IMG/VR virus record: IMGVR_UViG_3300010376_000075 | Location: 1-38,668 of that record | Direction: 5' to 3' (one strand) | From: a virus | Lineage: Duplodnaviria; Caudoviricetes | DNA: 38,668 bases | Shown: positions 1 through 9,001 of the stretch, one piece after another | Numbering within the stretch: the first letter of the stretch is position 1 | Layout: every line of letters begins with the position of its first letter | Notes under the pieces: model-generated | Told to the model about the DNA's origin: nothing | The model's input: the letters and a program-made list of their open reading frames with translations, nothing else | Databases searched by the model: none | Position numbers and translations under genes: made by a program

Positions 1-13
1 GAGAGCGCCAGGC

Positions 14-268
14 GTGGCTGGCCACGCGCGGCAACTGATGGGCCTGACCGGCACGATCCCCTGCGAGCGGCGCTGCGAGATCCCAGACGGCGTCACGCTG
101 CACCCCGTCCCCACGCCGCGACACGCCTGGGGCGACGTGTTGGTCTGCCCCAACGAGGGGTGTGAGAGGGCGTTCCTCGTCACCCCTGCGGGCGACCGCG
201 ATACCGGCCAAGGCCCATCACCTTCAGCACCTCCACGGCCTCCGTCTGGCCTGCCCCCAGCCGCTTGA
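14..268 (+). CDS. possible small Cys-rich hypothetical protein
   Basis: ORF with CERRC and CPNEGC motifs; its 3' end overlaps the convergent minus-strand gene by ~90 bp. Confidence 0.35.
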   Translation: MAGHARQLMGLTGTIPCERRCEIPDGVTLHPVPTPRHAWGDVLVCPNEGCERAFLVTPAGDRDTGQGPSPSAPPRPPSGLPPAA

Positions 269-431
269 GCGCGTCGAAGCGCTGCCATAGCTCATCCGCG
301 TGCGTGGCCTCGCCGCACGGGTCGCCGGTGCGGTCGCACTCCTGAGCGAACGCCGTGAGCGCATCCTGGATGACCTGCGCGTCGTGGTCGTTGACGAACA
401 GCATCATGGGCTGGCGGGTGATGGCGGACAT
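180..431 (-). CDS. hypothetical protein (83 aa, MSAITRQ...)
   Basis: ATG at 431 preceded on the minus strand by CCCGACCGAAGGAG, the leader/RBS seen before several + strand genes. Confidence 0.65.
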   Translation of the reverse strand: MSAITRQPMMLFVNDHDAQVIQDALTAFAQECDRTGDPCGEATHADELWQRFDALKRLGAGQTEAVEVLKVMGLGRYRGRPQG

Positions 432-547
432 GGCGGGTCTCCTTCGGTCGGGTTCGAGGAGGTAGTCGCGCGCCGTCGCGGCTTCCTGACAACCCATCCG
501 TCAGATCCGCCGACTTTCTTACAACGGGGCGGCGATACGATCCGGCC

Positions 548-1126
548 GTGGCGGACGACGAGCACTCGATAGAGGACAAGACCGAGCGCGAGGAGCGCAA
601 GCACGGACGCAAACCGGGCATGACCGAGGCAGAGCGCGAGGAGCGCAACATGGAGCTTGTCCGCGACCGGCTACGCGGCCAGTCGTGGCCGTTCCTGGCC
701 GAGAAGTACGGCATCCGAGCCCAGCAGTGCAAGGAGGTCTACAACCGCTGGCGAGCCGAGAACCAGTCCACCTACCAGGGCCGCGATCCCATCGCCATCG
801 TCCACTCGATGCTCGACCGGCTGGAGGCCTGGGTCGAGCAGCTAGCCGAGGTCGCAGACACCACCTCGACCGACGCCGTGCAGATCGCCGCGATCAACGC
901 CCAGATGAGCGCGCTGACCCGGACGGCCGAACTCATGCAGGCCACCGGCATCCTCCCCCACGACCTGGGCACCCTCCGGCTCGAACTCGACGTGCAGAGC
1001 CTCGCCGTCAAGCTCGTGTCCGTCCTGACCGAGCAGGGAGCCTCGCCGGAGATGAAGCGCGCGATCCTCGACACCCTGAGACCCGATGCGTTGCAGCAGC
1101 CCACGCTGTCCAACGGATCGAGTTGA
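548..1126 (+). CDS. terS: probable terminase small subunit (HTH)
   Basis: HTH-like segment (RLRGQSWPFLAEKYGI) followed by helices; lies just upstream of TerL; leaderless GTG 6 nt after TACGAT (536-541). Confidence 0.65.
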   Translation: MADDEHSIEDKTEREERKHGRKPGMTEAEREERNMELVRDRLRGQSWPFLAEKYGIRAQQCKEVYNRWRAENQSTYQGRDPIAIVHSMLDRLEAWVEQLAEVADTTSTDAVQIAAINAQMSALTRTAELMQATGILPHDLGTLRLELDVQSLAVKLVSVLTEQGASPEMKRAILDTLRPDALQQPTLSNGSS

Positions 1127-1349
1127 CGGCAGCCGCTTCTGCGCCCGGCACCGCGACGAGTTCGCGGCGATGGCGGCTGAGATCGACAAGGGCAAGACCG
1201 CGCGCTTGCGCTCGCCCGGCGGCACGCGACAGCCGCGCCCGAAGCGCTGCGACGTGCCGGGCTGCCCCGAGCCACGCGTCCCGCGCGAGTCCTACTGCGC
1301 CGGGCACCTCCAGGAACTGACCCGTGGCGCTCAAGCTCGATCCGCGTGA
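1086..1349 (+). CDS. small protein with two C-x4-C...C-x2-H zinc-finger-like repeats
   Basis: CSSPRC...FCARH and CDVPGC...YCAGH; fills the gap between terS and terL. Confidence 0.55.
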   Translation: MRCSSPRCPTDRVDGSRFCARHRDEFAAMAAEIDKGKTARLRSPGGTRQPRPKRCDVPGCPEPRVPRESYCAGHLQELTRGAQARSA

Positions 1350-3078
1350 GGCCTACGGCCTGAGCCTCACGGACGCGTTCCTGGACGCGCTCCAGTCCGA
1401 TGTCGAGACCGCTGAGCAGCGGCGCACGAGCTTCCTCGACTGGGCGATGAAGGTCCCCGAGAGCCGAGGCCCGCTCAACTTCGACCGCTGGCCGTTCCAA
1501 CGCGAACTGTACGAACAAGCGTTCGATGATCGCGAGGTCGTGGTGATGAAGGCCACGCAGCTTGGGATCTCCGCCTGGCTCGTGCGCTGGGCGCTGTGCT
1601 GGGCCGACATGCACGGCGCGAAGGTGCTCTACGTCTTCCCCCGCGAGCGCCAGCTACTCGACTTCTCCGACTCCCGCGTCCGGCCGCTGATCCTCGGCCA
1701 GTACCTCCGCACGCGCGTGCCGCCGCTCTCGGTGATGAACAAGGCGCTGAAGCAGGTCGGCCTGGGGATCGTCTACTTCCGAGGCTCCGAGGCCGAGGCC
1801 GGGCTGGAGTCCATCGACGCTGACGCGCTCTGCCTCGATGAGAACGACCTGCTGGTCCAGGCCCACATCCCCATCGCGGAGCGCCGCGTCGGCGGGCAGG
1901 ACTCGCTGGGGCTGATCCGCCGGATCGGCTTCCCGACCATCTCGGACCACGGCATCCACAAGGAGTACAAGCGCTCAGACCAGCGCGAGTGGCACGTCAA
2001 GTGCGAGCGCTGCGGCGAGTGGCAGGCGATCACCTGGGCCGACAACATCGACCTGGAGCGCGGCATCCGCGTCTGCCGAGCCTGCCGCAAGGGGCCGCTC
2101 AACGTGACCGTTGGCGAATGGGTCGCGACTCACCCCGACCGGCGCGTGCGCGGCTACCACGTCACCAAGCTCATCCTCCCGAGCGAACGGATCGTGGGCG
2201 AGTTGATCCAGGCCAGCGAGGAGCAGATCGCCTACAAGCGGCAGATCTTCTTCAACCGCGACCTGGGCGTGCCGTACGAGGCCGAGGGCGCACGACTCAC
2301 GCCCGCGATGATCGCCGCAGCCCAGCGCGACTACCTGCACCTCACCGGCTACGACGGCGACAACCCGGTGATGATGGGCGTCGATGTCGCGAGCACCCGA
2401 GCCCTGAACGCCTGGGTCACAGAGCAGGTCTCCGACAGCCAAGGCCGGACGCTGTACCTGGGGCTCGTGGACTCCTTCGATGAACTCGCGAAGCTGATGA
2501 CCCGCTACCGGGTGGTCATGGCTGCCATCGACCATCTCCCCGAGGGCCGTCTCGCGCGCGCGTTCGCGGAGCACTTCCGAGGCCGCGTCTACATCGTCAA
2601 CTACGCCACCGAGACACAGAAGGACGTGCTCGCCGTGGACGACCAGCAGAGCCGCGCAAGCGTCCGGCGCACCGAGGCCATCGACGCAGCCCAGGAGCGC
2701 ATACGCGGCCAGCGCGAGTACCTCCCCCAGGATCTCCCCGAGCACTTCGTGGAGCAGATGTGCTCCAACGTCCGCTCCGTCGAGCAGAACGAAGTCGGGA
2801 GGGTCACGGTCCAGTACCGCGCCGACGGCCCCGACGACTGGATGCAGGCGCTCACCTACGCGCTCGTGGCCGCTGACTGCTACTGGATCCGCCAGCAGGT
2901 CGGCCAGGAGGAGATCACCTCGATTGACGAGATGACCGAGCTTGGCTTCCAGCGCTCGACGCTGGGCGACCCGGACACGCCCGGCGAGTACAGCCCAGGC
3001 CGCGACGACGGCAGCTACATGATCACCGAAGGCGACGACGGCTTCGGGAGCAACGGCTACGACTACGGGTACGAGTAG
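1324..3078 (+). CDS. terL: terminase large subunit, lambda gpA-like
   Basis: VVVMKATQLGIS (gpA-type Walker A), ALCLDE (Walker B), CERC...CRAC zinc ribbon, MMGVDV RNase H-like nuclease strand. Confidence 0.9.
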   Translation: MALKLDPREAYGLSLTDAFLDALQSDVETAEQRRTSFLDWAMKVPESRGPLNFDRWPFQRELYEQAFDDREVVVMKATQLGISAWLVRWALCWADMHGAKVLYVFPRERQLLDFSDSRVRPLILGQYLRTRVPPLSVMNKALKQVGLGIVYFRGSEAEAGLESIDADALCLDENDLLVQAHIPIAERRVGGQDSLGLIRRIGFPTISDHGIHKEYKRSDQREWHVKCERCGEWQAITWADNIDLERGIRVCRACRKGPLNVTVGEWVATHPDRRVRGYHVTKLILPSERIVGELIQASEEQIAYKRQIFFNRDLGVPYEAEGARLTPAMIAAAQRDYLHLTGYDGDNPVMMGVDVASTRALNAWVTEQVSDSQGRTLYLGLVDSFDELAKLMTRYRVVMAAIDHLPEGRLARAFAEHFRGRVYIVNYATETQKDVLAVDDQQSRASVRRTEAIDAAQERIRGQREYLPQDLPEHFVEQMCSNVRSVEQNEVGRVTVQYRADGPDDWMQALTYALVAADCYWIRQQVGQEEITSIDEMTELGFQRSTLGDPDTPGEYSPGRDDGSYMITEGDDGFGSNGYDYGYE

Positions 3079-3080
3079 CT

Positions 3081-3103
3081 AAGCGCACGACGTGTGCTAT
3101 CCT
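3081..3103 (+). promoter_or_regulatory. palindrome/extended -10 promoter
   Basis: AAGCGCAC-GAC-GTGTGCTA overlapping TATCCT; CCGACCGAGGAG leader downstream. Confidence 0.75.
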
Positions 3104-3132
3104 TCGTCGGGCAACCGACCGAGGAGCACACC

Positions 3133-3366
3133 ATGATCCAGCCGTTCGCCGGGACCGCTACGCGGCGGCGCGAACATCGCCAGGCGCTACGCAACGCGCT
3201 CGGCGTCTCGCGCGATCCGGCACCCACCCTCAAGCAGCTTGCGCGCGCCGTGGGACTGCTGAACAACATCGTCCAGCTTTCGACTGCCGGGGACTACACG
3301 CTCCGCGTCCAGCGCCGCGACGGCTCGCTGGTAGACGCCGTGTGGACCGAGTGGAAAGAGGGCTAG
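3133..3366 (+). CDS. hypothetical protein (77 aa)
   Basis: ATG 3133 after GAGGAG RBS. Confidence 0.7.
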   Translation: MIQPFAGTATRRREHRQALRNALGVSRDPAPTLKQLARAVGLLNNIVQLSTAGDYTLRVQRRDGSLVDAVWTEWKEG

Positions 3367-3408
3367 CTCACATCTTGTGGTGCTCACAGAGTGTGCTACT
3401 CTGTGAGC
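3364..3408 (+). promoter_or_regulatory. tandem palindrome sites, -10 TACTCT and an 11-bp inverted repeat
   Basis: TAGCTCAC-ATC-TTGTGGTG, then GTGCTCAC-AGA-GTGTGCTA; GCTCACAGAGT (3382-3392) pairs with ACTCTGTGAGC (3398-3408). Confidence 0.7.
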
Positions 3409-3436
3409 CACCTCCCCCGACCGAGGAGACTTCCCA

Positions 3437-4432
3437 ATGAGTAAGCGCAATCCCGAAGGCTGGGACACTGCCCTGGACGCGCAGACCGATCTGCTCGCGT
3501 CCTTCGGCACCCTGGAGGGACGCCAGTACCTGAACGGGTTCGTGGCGTCTCTCGGCCGCGCCGGTGTGTTCGACGCGACCACCGGCGACATCGTCATGGG
3601 CGACCCCGAGTACGCATCCCGGCTCGTTCACGCGTCCACCAACTCGCTCAGCGACTGCGACCCGATGTACGTCAGCGCCGACCTGACCGAACTGGTGGAC
3701 TACGCCGCCGATCACTCGACGTTCAAGCCGGAGCCGCTGATCGTGACCGACCTGATCACGCCGTCCGGCTTCGCGTTCTTCTCCAAGCCGCTGTACGTCA
3801 CCGACACGCGCGGCCTCCAGATGCCGTTCCGGGCGATCCAGTGGAACCCCACCGTGGACCGCACCGCGCCCGGCCCCGGCATCGACATCGCCAAGGACGG
3901 CCAGATCTACAGCGGCGTGATCGTGACGCTCTACGCGCACTACCTGGACGGCGACCCGATGGACGACCAGAACGGCACCGACTACAGCAGCCGCAAGATC
4001 GGCGGCTCGGCCCTGACCATGGAGTACGTCACCACGATGCGTTTCGCCCAGGAGTCCGAGGTGTACGAGAAGGACGCGTCGATCCGCGACATGCTCGCGC
4101 ACATCAAGGTGTTCTTCCGGCTCTGCCAGCAGACCATCGCGATGCCCCGCCGCGAGCGGGTCGCCCGGCCGACCTGGAAGCGCGCTCGCGCGACCTGGAA
4201 GGACATCAAGGAGGTGGTCGTCTTCACGCTCCGGCGCGCCAAGAACCCCCAGTACGAGGGCGAGGAGCGCGAGGTGGAGTGGTCGCACCGCTGGATGGTC
4301 CAGGGCCACTGGCGCAACCAGTGGTACCCGTCGGAGAAGGTCCACCGGCAGATCTGGATCGCGCCCCATATAAAAGGCCCGGAAGACAAGCCGATCATTT
4401 GGAAGCGCCGAGCGTTCGAGTTGATCCGATGA
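3437..4432 (+). CDS. conserved phage hypothetical protein
   Basis: 331-aa ORF with good RBS; C-terminal HRWMVQGHWRNQWYP...IWIAPHIKGP segment of a type I recognise from uncharacterised phage proteins. Confidence 0.8.
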   Translation: MSKRNPEGWDTALDAQTDLLASFGTLEGRQYLNGFVASLGRAGVFDATTGDIVMGDPEYASRLVHASTNSLSDCDPMYVSADLTELVDYAADHSTFKPEPLIVTDLITPSGFAFFSKPLYVTDTRGLQMPFRAIQWNPTVDRTAPGPGIDIAKDGQIYSGVIVTLYAHYLDGDPMDDQNGTDYSSRKIGGSALTMEYVTTMRFAQESEVYEKDASIRDMLAHIKVFFRLCQQTIAMPRRERVARPTWKRARATWKDIKEVVVFTLRRAKNPQYEGEEREVEWSHRWMVQGHWRNQWYPSEKVHRQIWIAPHIKGPEDKPIIWKRRAFELIR

Positions 4433-4818
4433 CCGGCAGCTACGTCCAGCGCTTCCCCGGCCCACTGCCCGCGAAGTCCTGCATCCGCTGCCTGCGCGGC
4501 GGCGTGGACACGTTCTTCGTCTCCTACGGCGACGGCGAGTGGGTCTCCGGTGTGCTCATGGCCATCGTCGGCCTGGACGCCGATCACGCGATGGCGACAG
4601 TCGAGGCCATGCGCGACGAGCACGGCACTGCGTGGGACGAGCGCTACCCGTCGTTCGTCCGGCTGTGCGCCCACTGTGCCACCAAGGCCAAGGTTGCGCC
4701 GACGCTCTACACGTCGGACGAGATCACCCGGCACACGACCGAGGCGATCCCCTTCGAGGGCTACAACCAGACCGACGAAGTCATGGCCGACTACGAGCGG
4801 TGGCGGAACGAACCCTAG
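4429..4818 (+). CDS. hypothetical zinc-binding protein (129 aa)
   Basis: ATGA overlap with upstream stop; CIRC...CAHC. Confidence 0.7.
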   Translation: MTGSYVQRFPGPLPAKSCIRCLRGGVDTFFVSYGDGEWVSGVLMAIVGLDADHAMATVEAMRDEHGTAWDERYPSFVRLCAHCATKAKVAPTLYTSDEITRHTTEAIPFEGYNQTDEVMADYERWRNEP

Positions 4819-4838
4819 CGCACGACGTGTGCTACAAT
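4816..4838 (+). promoter_or_regulatory. palindrome/extended -10 promoter
   Basis: TAGCGCAC-GAC-GTGTGCTA overlapping TACAAT; the TAG is the stop codon of 4429..4818. Confidence 0.8.
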
Positions 4839-4876
4839 CAGAGCACAAGCTAATCCCCCCGACCGAGGAGCTACAG

Positions 4877-5527
4877 ATGGCACGAGTGACGTATGTGAAG
4901 GCAGCCAAGGGCCGCAAGGACGGCCGTCCGCGCCGGTGCTCCGGCTGCGGCAAGGAGATCAACGCGGGCGACCCGTACAAGTGGTTCGCCAACCGGATCG
5001 GCCGGTACAGCAGCCGCAAGGACTTCTGCGCCGACTGCCGCATCCGGCCGTCGATGATGACGACCAGCCCGCACCTGTCCGCGCTGTACGCCGCGCAGGA
5101 GACCGCCGAGGACGCCCTGGGCGCAGGCGGCGACGACCTGACCCTGGCGGACATCGCCCAGATCGTCCGCGACTACGGCGAGGCCGTCCGCGAGGTCGGC
5201 ACCGGCTACGAGGAGTCCGCCGACAACATCGAGGACGGCTTCGGCCATGAGACCTACCAGTCCGAGGAGATCCGCGAGAAGGCCAGCGCCTGCGAGGACG
5301 CGGCCGACCAGGCCGACAGCGCCGCCGACGACATCGAGGGCATGGACGACCCGGACGACGACGAGTCCGAGTTCCGCGACGACTACGAGGGCGAGTGGGA
5401 CGACGAGGCCGACAAGGCCGAGGACGAGGACGAGTGGACGCAGCACGTCGAGGACAAGCGGCAGGAGCGCCGCGAGGCCGCGATGGACGCGGCCAACGAC
5501 GCGATCAGCGAGGGACCGGCGTTCTGA
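4877..5527 (+). CDS. hypothetical protein: zinc ribbon plus highly acidic C-terminus
   Basis: ATG 4877 after CCGACCGAGGAG; CSGC...CADC; D/E-rich tail. Confidence 0.8.
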   Translation: MARVTYVKAAKGRKDGRPRRCSGCGKEINAGDPYKWFANRIGRYSSRKDFCADCRIRPSMMTTSPHLSALYAAQETAEDALGAGGDDLTLADIAQIVRDYGEAVREVGTGYEESADNIEDGFGHETYQSEEIREKASACEDAADQADSAADDIEGMDDPDDDESEFRDDYEGEWDDEADKAEDEDEWTQHVEDKRQERREAAMDAANDAISEGPAF

Positions 5528-6129
5528 TGGCGGACAGCAAGCTGGCGGAGTGGGCCACGGAGGTGCTCGCTCCGCTCGACGCGTGGGCCTACCAGTGCCA
5601 CGCAGCTTCACTGAAGCTGGTGTGGGAGGGCGAGCCGCTTGGCGCGCGCCGGGTCGCGCGCGGCGGCTGCAAGGGCGTCGGCGGGCAGCACTCCTGGGTG
5701 GTCCTGGGTGACGACTGCTACGACGACCGCGCCGTGATCATCGACCCGACCCTCTGGAGCTACGACGAGAGCGTGCAGGGCGTCTGGGTCGGCACCTACC
5801 GCGACGGCCTGCACGTCCCCCACGGCAAGGGCTACATCTGGGACTGGGGTCGCCCCAACCCGGCCACCGGATCCGTGATCGAGCTAACTCCGAGTAAGCC
5901 GTTCTCGCAGGCCGCGCGCGGGTTCCTCGACCTGCTCGGCCCGCTGGACCACGAGGGCTGGCGGCTGCTTGCGCACGCGCCCGTCGAGGGGTGGCCTGCC
6001 GGGGAGATCCTGGCTGCCATCGAGAACACGCCCGGCCTGGCCGGACGCGTCCCCATCGACATCCTGGGCATGACCACCGACCTGAACCCGAAGGGCTTGT
6101 ACCTGCCGACCGAAGCGGAGGCCGCATGA
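5527..6129 (+). CDS. putative papain/transglutaminase-like (C-H-D) protein
   Basis: TGATG overlap; QCHAAS...QHSWVV...IIDPTL in triad order. Confidence 0.6.
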   Translation: MADSKLAEWATEVLAPLDAWAYQCHAASLKLVWEGEPLGARRVARGGCKGVGGQHSWVVLGDDCYDDRAVIIDPTLWSYDESVQGVWVGTYRDGLHVPHGKGYIWDWGRPNPATGSVIELTPSKPFSQAARGFLDLLGPLDHEGWRLLAHAPVEGWPAGEILAAIENTPGLAGRVPIDILGMTTDLNPKGLYLPTEAEAA

Positions 6130-6497
6130 CCGAGCCCGTCACGATCACCATCGGCCACTCCGGCTACTCAGACGTGGTCCTGGCCGAACTCGACGGCGCA
6201 GCCACGCAGCTTGGCTGCCCACGCGAGGAGGCAGCCGTCCTGCTGATCGGCGCGGGCCTTCAGGGCCTCCAGATGAACGGGACGATCAAGCGGGTCACAC
6301 CGCATGGCCGGGGCCTCGATCCCACGCCGCTCAGTGATGACGAGATCCAGTCCGGCGTGCAGGCTGGCCGTATGGCTCGCCTGGCGCTCGCGATCACCTG
6401 GCTCAAGCAGCACCACGACCCCGAGGACGAGTGCGGCTGGATCGCCAAGGGCGTCCGCAACATCCTCGAAGGCCGGGACGCGTACGACGATGAGTGA
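6126..6497 (+). CDS. hypothetical protein (123 aa)
   Basis: ATGA coupling; GGAGG RBS. Confidence 0.65.
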   Translation: MTEPVTITIGHSGYSDVVLAELDGAATQLGCPREEAAVLLIGAGLQGLQMNGTIKRVTPHGRGLDPTPLSDDEIQSGVQAGRMARLALAITWLKQHHDPEDECGWIAKGVRNILEGRDAYDDE

Positions 6498-6792
6498 CGT
6501 GCGACGACAGGCCCAAGACGAGCGGATCGACCGGCTGCACGCCAAGGCCGACGAGGCCGACGCTATGACCCAGGAGTGGCTCGCGCTGCTCGCTATCGCG
6601 ACCGAGTACATGGTCGCCGCCGAGTCGCTGATCGACGGCCTCCAGGGCAAGCTCGGCGTGGACACCCGCGCCGCTGACGCCCGCGAGCAGGCGGCGGCTG
6701 AGATCAAGCGTCGGGTGACCGCGTACGTAGCCGCGCGAGAAGCGTTCGGACGCTACGGCCGAGAGAGGCAGGCGCTGCTTGGTGGGTCTTGA
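6490..6792 (+). CDS. hypothetical helical protein (100 aa)
   Basis: ATG overlaps the upstream gene end; coding-like codon usage. Confidence 0.6.
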   Translation: MSDVRRQAQDERIDRLHAKADEADAMTQEWLALLAIATEYMVAAESLIDGLQGKLGVDTRAADAREQAAAEIKRRVTAYVAAREAFGRYGRERQALLGGS

Positions 6793-7501
6793 CGGCCTGC
6801 CGGTAGGCGTTCGGGATCAGCCGGTTGCCGTGGACGCCGATGCCGCCCTTCCCGCGCCAGGAGAGATCCTCGTAGCGCGCGTCGTCCCGGCGGCAGGAGA
6901 CCGTGAGCCGCTGGTCGGCAGCCCGGATCACCGTGAGGTGAGCCAGCGGTGTCCCGGCCTCGATCACGTGCCTGCCGTCGCCCTGGAGCCGGTACCGGCA
7001 GACCGGGTTGACCTGATGCAGGATGTCGCCGTGGTACGCGCCCGGCACCGCGATCAGCGGGGCGTCCACCGCGTACGGGACGGGGTCGAAGCGCAGCAGG
7101 TAGCCGGGCGGCGTATCGACCACCCACGCGCCGTCGAGCTTGATCGTGATGTGCGCTTCGTCGTGGTACATCGGCATCCCCGGCCGCATCGCCAGCGTGT
7201 GTCCGGCGAGCGGCGTCCCGCCCGGCGGAGTGAAGATGTCGGTCACCTGCCCGTCGTGCTCCTCGATAGCGATGTCCATCCACAGCGGCAGCACCCAGCC
7301 CATCGTGAGCGTCTCCAGCAGGCCGGGGCACCGGCGCGCTGTGCTGGTCGGGGTACCCGGCGCAGCGGGCTCGGTCATCTCCGGCGGCATGTTCCGCCAC
7401 CAGTCCGGGATCACCTTCCGCGCGGGGACAACCGGGTACGTCTCGGCCAGCCCCGGCGTGCTGGTGTAGAAGCGGATCTCGGCTGTGTCAGGTAGGCGCA
7501 T
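6704..7501 (-). CDS. hypothetical protein, DUF6065/dUTPase-like beta-clip fold suspected
   Basis: PDWW..MP...TARRCPG..E.LT.GW.LPLW.D and IEAGTPLAH motifs; leaderless ATG 6 nt after TAGGCT on the minus strand. Confidence 0.7.
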   Translation of the reverse strand: MRLPDTAEIRFYTSTPGLAETYPVVPARKVIPDWWRNMPPEMTEPAAPGTPTSTARRCPGLLETLTMGWVLPLWMDIAIEEHDGQVTDIFTPPGGTPLAGHTLAMRPGMPMYHDEAHITIKLDGAWVVDTPPGYLLRFDPVPYAVDAPLIAVPGAYHGDILHQVNPVCRYRLQGDGRHVIEAGTPLAHLTVIRAADQRLTVSCRRDDARYEDLSWRGKGGIGVHGNRLIPNAYRQAVKTHQAAPASLGRSVRTLLARLRTRSPDA

Positions 7502-7528
7502 GTCGGGAGCCTATCCGCCGCCACGCGC

Positions 7529-7551
7529 TAGCGCACGTCATGTGCTATCCT
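7529..7551 (+). promoter_or_regulatory. palindrome/extended -10 promoter in a divergent intergenic region
   Basis: TAGCGCAC-GTC-ATGTGCTA overlapping TATCCT. Confidence 0.75.
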
Positions 7552-7584
7552 TGTGGAAGCAATCCCCCTGACCGAGGAGACACC

Positions 7585-8610
7585 ATGGCAAAGCTCAGCT
7601 ACGAGACGAAGCGCTTCAGCGCCGAGTCGTTACAGACCATCGCCCAGGCCAACCGCATCCTGGAGGAGTACGAGGCGGCAGGCTACGACCTGACGCTGCG
7701 GCAGCTTTACTACCAGTTCGTCGCCCGCGACCTGATCCCGAACACGGAGCGCAGCTACAAGCGGCTCGGCTCCATCGTCAACGACGCCCGGATGGCCGGG
7801 CGCATCGACTGGGACCTGCTCGTGGACCGCACCCGCAACGTCCGCGCGATCCGGCACTGGGACGACCCGGCCGACCTGATCCGCAACACCGTCAACAGCT
7901 ACTGGCGCGACCGGTGGGCGGCGCAGAACGACTACGTGGAGGTGTGGATCGAGAAGGACGCGCTGGTCGGCGTGATCAGCGGCATCTCGAACGAGCTTGA
8001 CGTGCCCTACTTCTCATGCCGTGGCTACACCAGCCAGAGCGAGATGTGGAGCGCAGCCCAGCGCCTGCTCCAACGGGTCATCGAGGGCAAGCACGTGACG
8101 ATCATCCACCTGGGCGACCACGACCCGTCCGGGATCGACATGACCCGCGACATTGACGACCGGCTGGCCACGTTCATCGGCCACGACTACTTCCGGCACA
8201 TGGCCCAGAACGACCCGACGTGGGGCGACCGGGACAAGGACGACCGGTACGAGCAGGCTCAGGTCTGGTTCCGGGAGGCGGTCAACCGACTGACCGTCAA
8301 CCGCATCGCGCTGACCATGGAGCAGATCAACCAGTACCAGCCGCCGCCGAACCCGGCGAAGATGAGCGACAGCCGCGCGCACGGGTATGTCGAGGAGTAC
8401 GGCTACGAGTCCTGGGAGCTTGACGCGCTGCCGCCGCAGGTGCTGACTGACCTGGTCCGCGAGGCCGTTGAGGCCCTGATCGAGCAGGACGCCTGGGACG
8501 ACGAGATCGAGCGCGAGGAGGAGGGCCAGCGGCTGCTCCGCCAGGCGTCGGACAAGTGGGACGAGATTGTCGAGAGCCTCAATGGCGACGAGCCGGACGA
8601 GGATGAATAA
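7585..8610 (+). CDS. TOPRIM-domain protein of the topoisomerase VI-A/Spo11/JetD (DUF2399)-like type
   Basis: N-terminal wHTH-like TLRQLYYQFV; VEVWIEKDAL (TOPRIM Glu); GDHDPSG (DxD); WELDAL. Confidence 0.75.
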   Translation: MAKLSYETKRFSAESLQTIAQANRILEEYEAAGYDLTLRQLYYQFVARDLIPNTERSYKRLGSIVNDARMAGRIDWDLLVDRTRNVRAIRHWDDPADLIRNTVNSYWRDRWAAQNDYVEVWIEKDALVGVISGISNELDVPYFSCRGYTSQSEMWSAAQRLLQRVIEGKHVTIIHLGDHDPSGIDMTRDIDDRLATFIGHDYFRHMAQNDPTWGDRDKDDRYEQAQVWFREAVNRLTVNRIALTMEQINQYQPPPNPAKMSDSRAHGYVEEYGYESWELDALPPQVLTDLVREAVEALIEQDAWDDEIEREEEGQRLLRQASDKWDEIVESLNGDEPDEDE

Positions 8611-8629
8611 GCACACAACAGGAGACACC

Positions 8630-9001
8630 ATGAGCAAACTGGATGAACTGATCGCAGAGGAGGACCGGCTCCGCACGGAGTGGCAGATCGCGAAGGTGCG
8701 GCTGGACGAGGCCGAGCACGCCACGCTGGTCGAGCGCTTCAAGGACATGGAGCAGTTCGAGGAGGGCGACATCGTGCTCGTGCAGCGCAAGCTGTTCGGC
8801 AAGATCAAGTGGTGGCCCGCCCGGATCGTGGGCGTCCACCTGACCTACCACGAGGGCACCACCAAGGACGGCAGGCCGTGGGAGACCAAGGTCATCGCCT
8901 ACACCGTCTTCCTCAAGCAGGCCGACGGGGACTTCGGTGGCACGAGCGATAGCTACTACCACACCCAGGTCCAGGCGGTGCCGGAGGAGGCGGTGGCGTG
9001 A
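8630..9001 (+). CDS. hypothetical protein with SH3/Tudor (PWWP-like) barrel
   Basis: ATG 8630 after AGGAG; FEEGDIVLV...KWWPARIV. Confidence 0.7.
   Translation: MSKLDELIAEEDRLRTEWQIAKVRLDEAEHATLVERFKDMEQFEEGDIVLVQRKLFGKIKWWPARIVGVHLTYHEGTTKDGRPWETKVIAYTVFLKQADGDFGGTSDSYYHTQVQAVPEEAVA

Noticed and set aside
3841-4428. Long upstream extensions in the ORF track (e.g. 3841, 4550, 5395, 31182, 32205, 34361, 35947, 37780)
   Set aside because: They overlap real upstream genes in another frame; RBS or stop-start coupling points to the later starts used above
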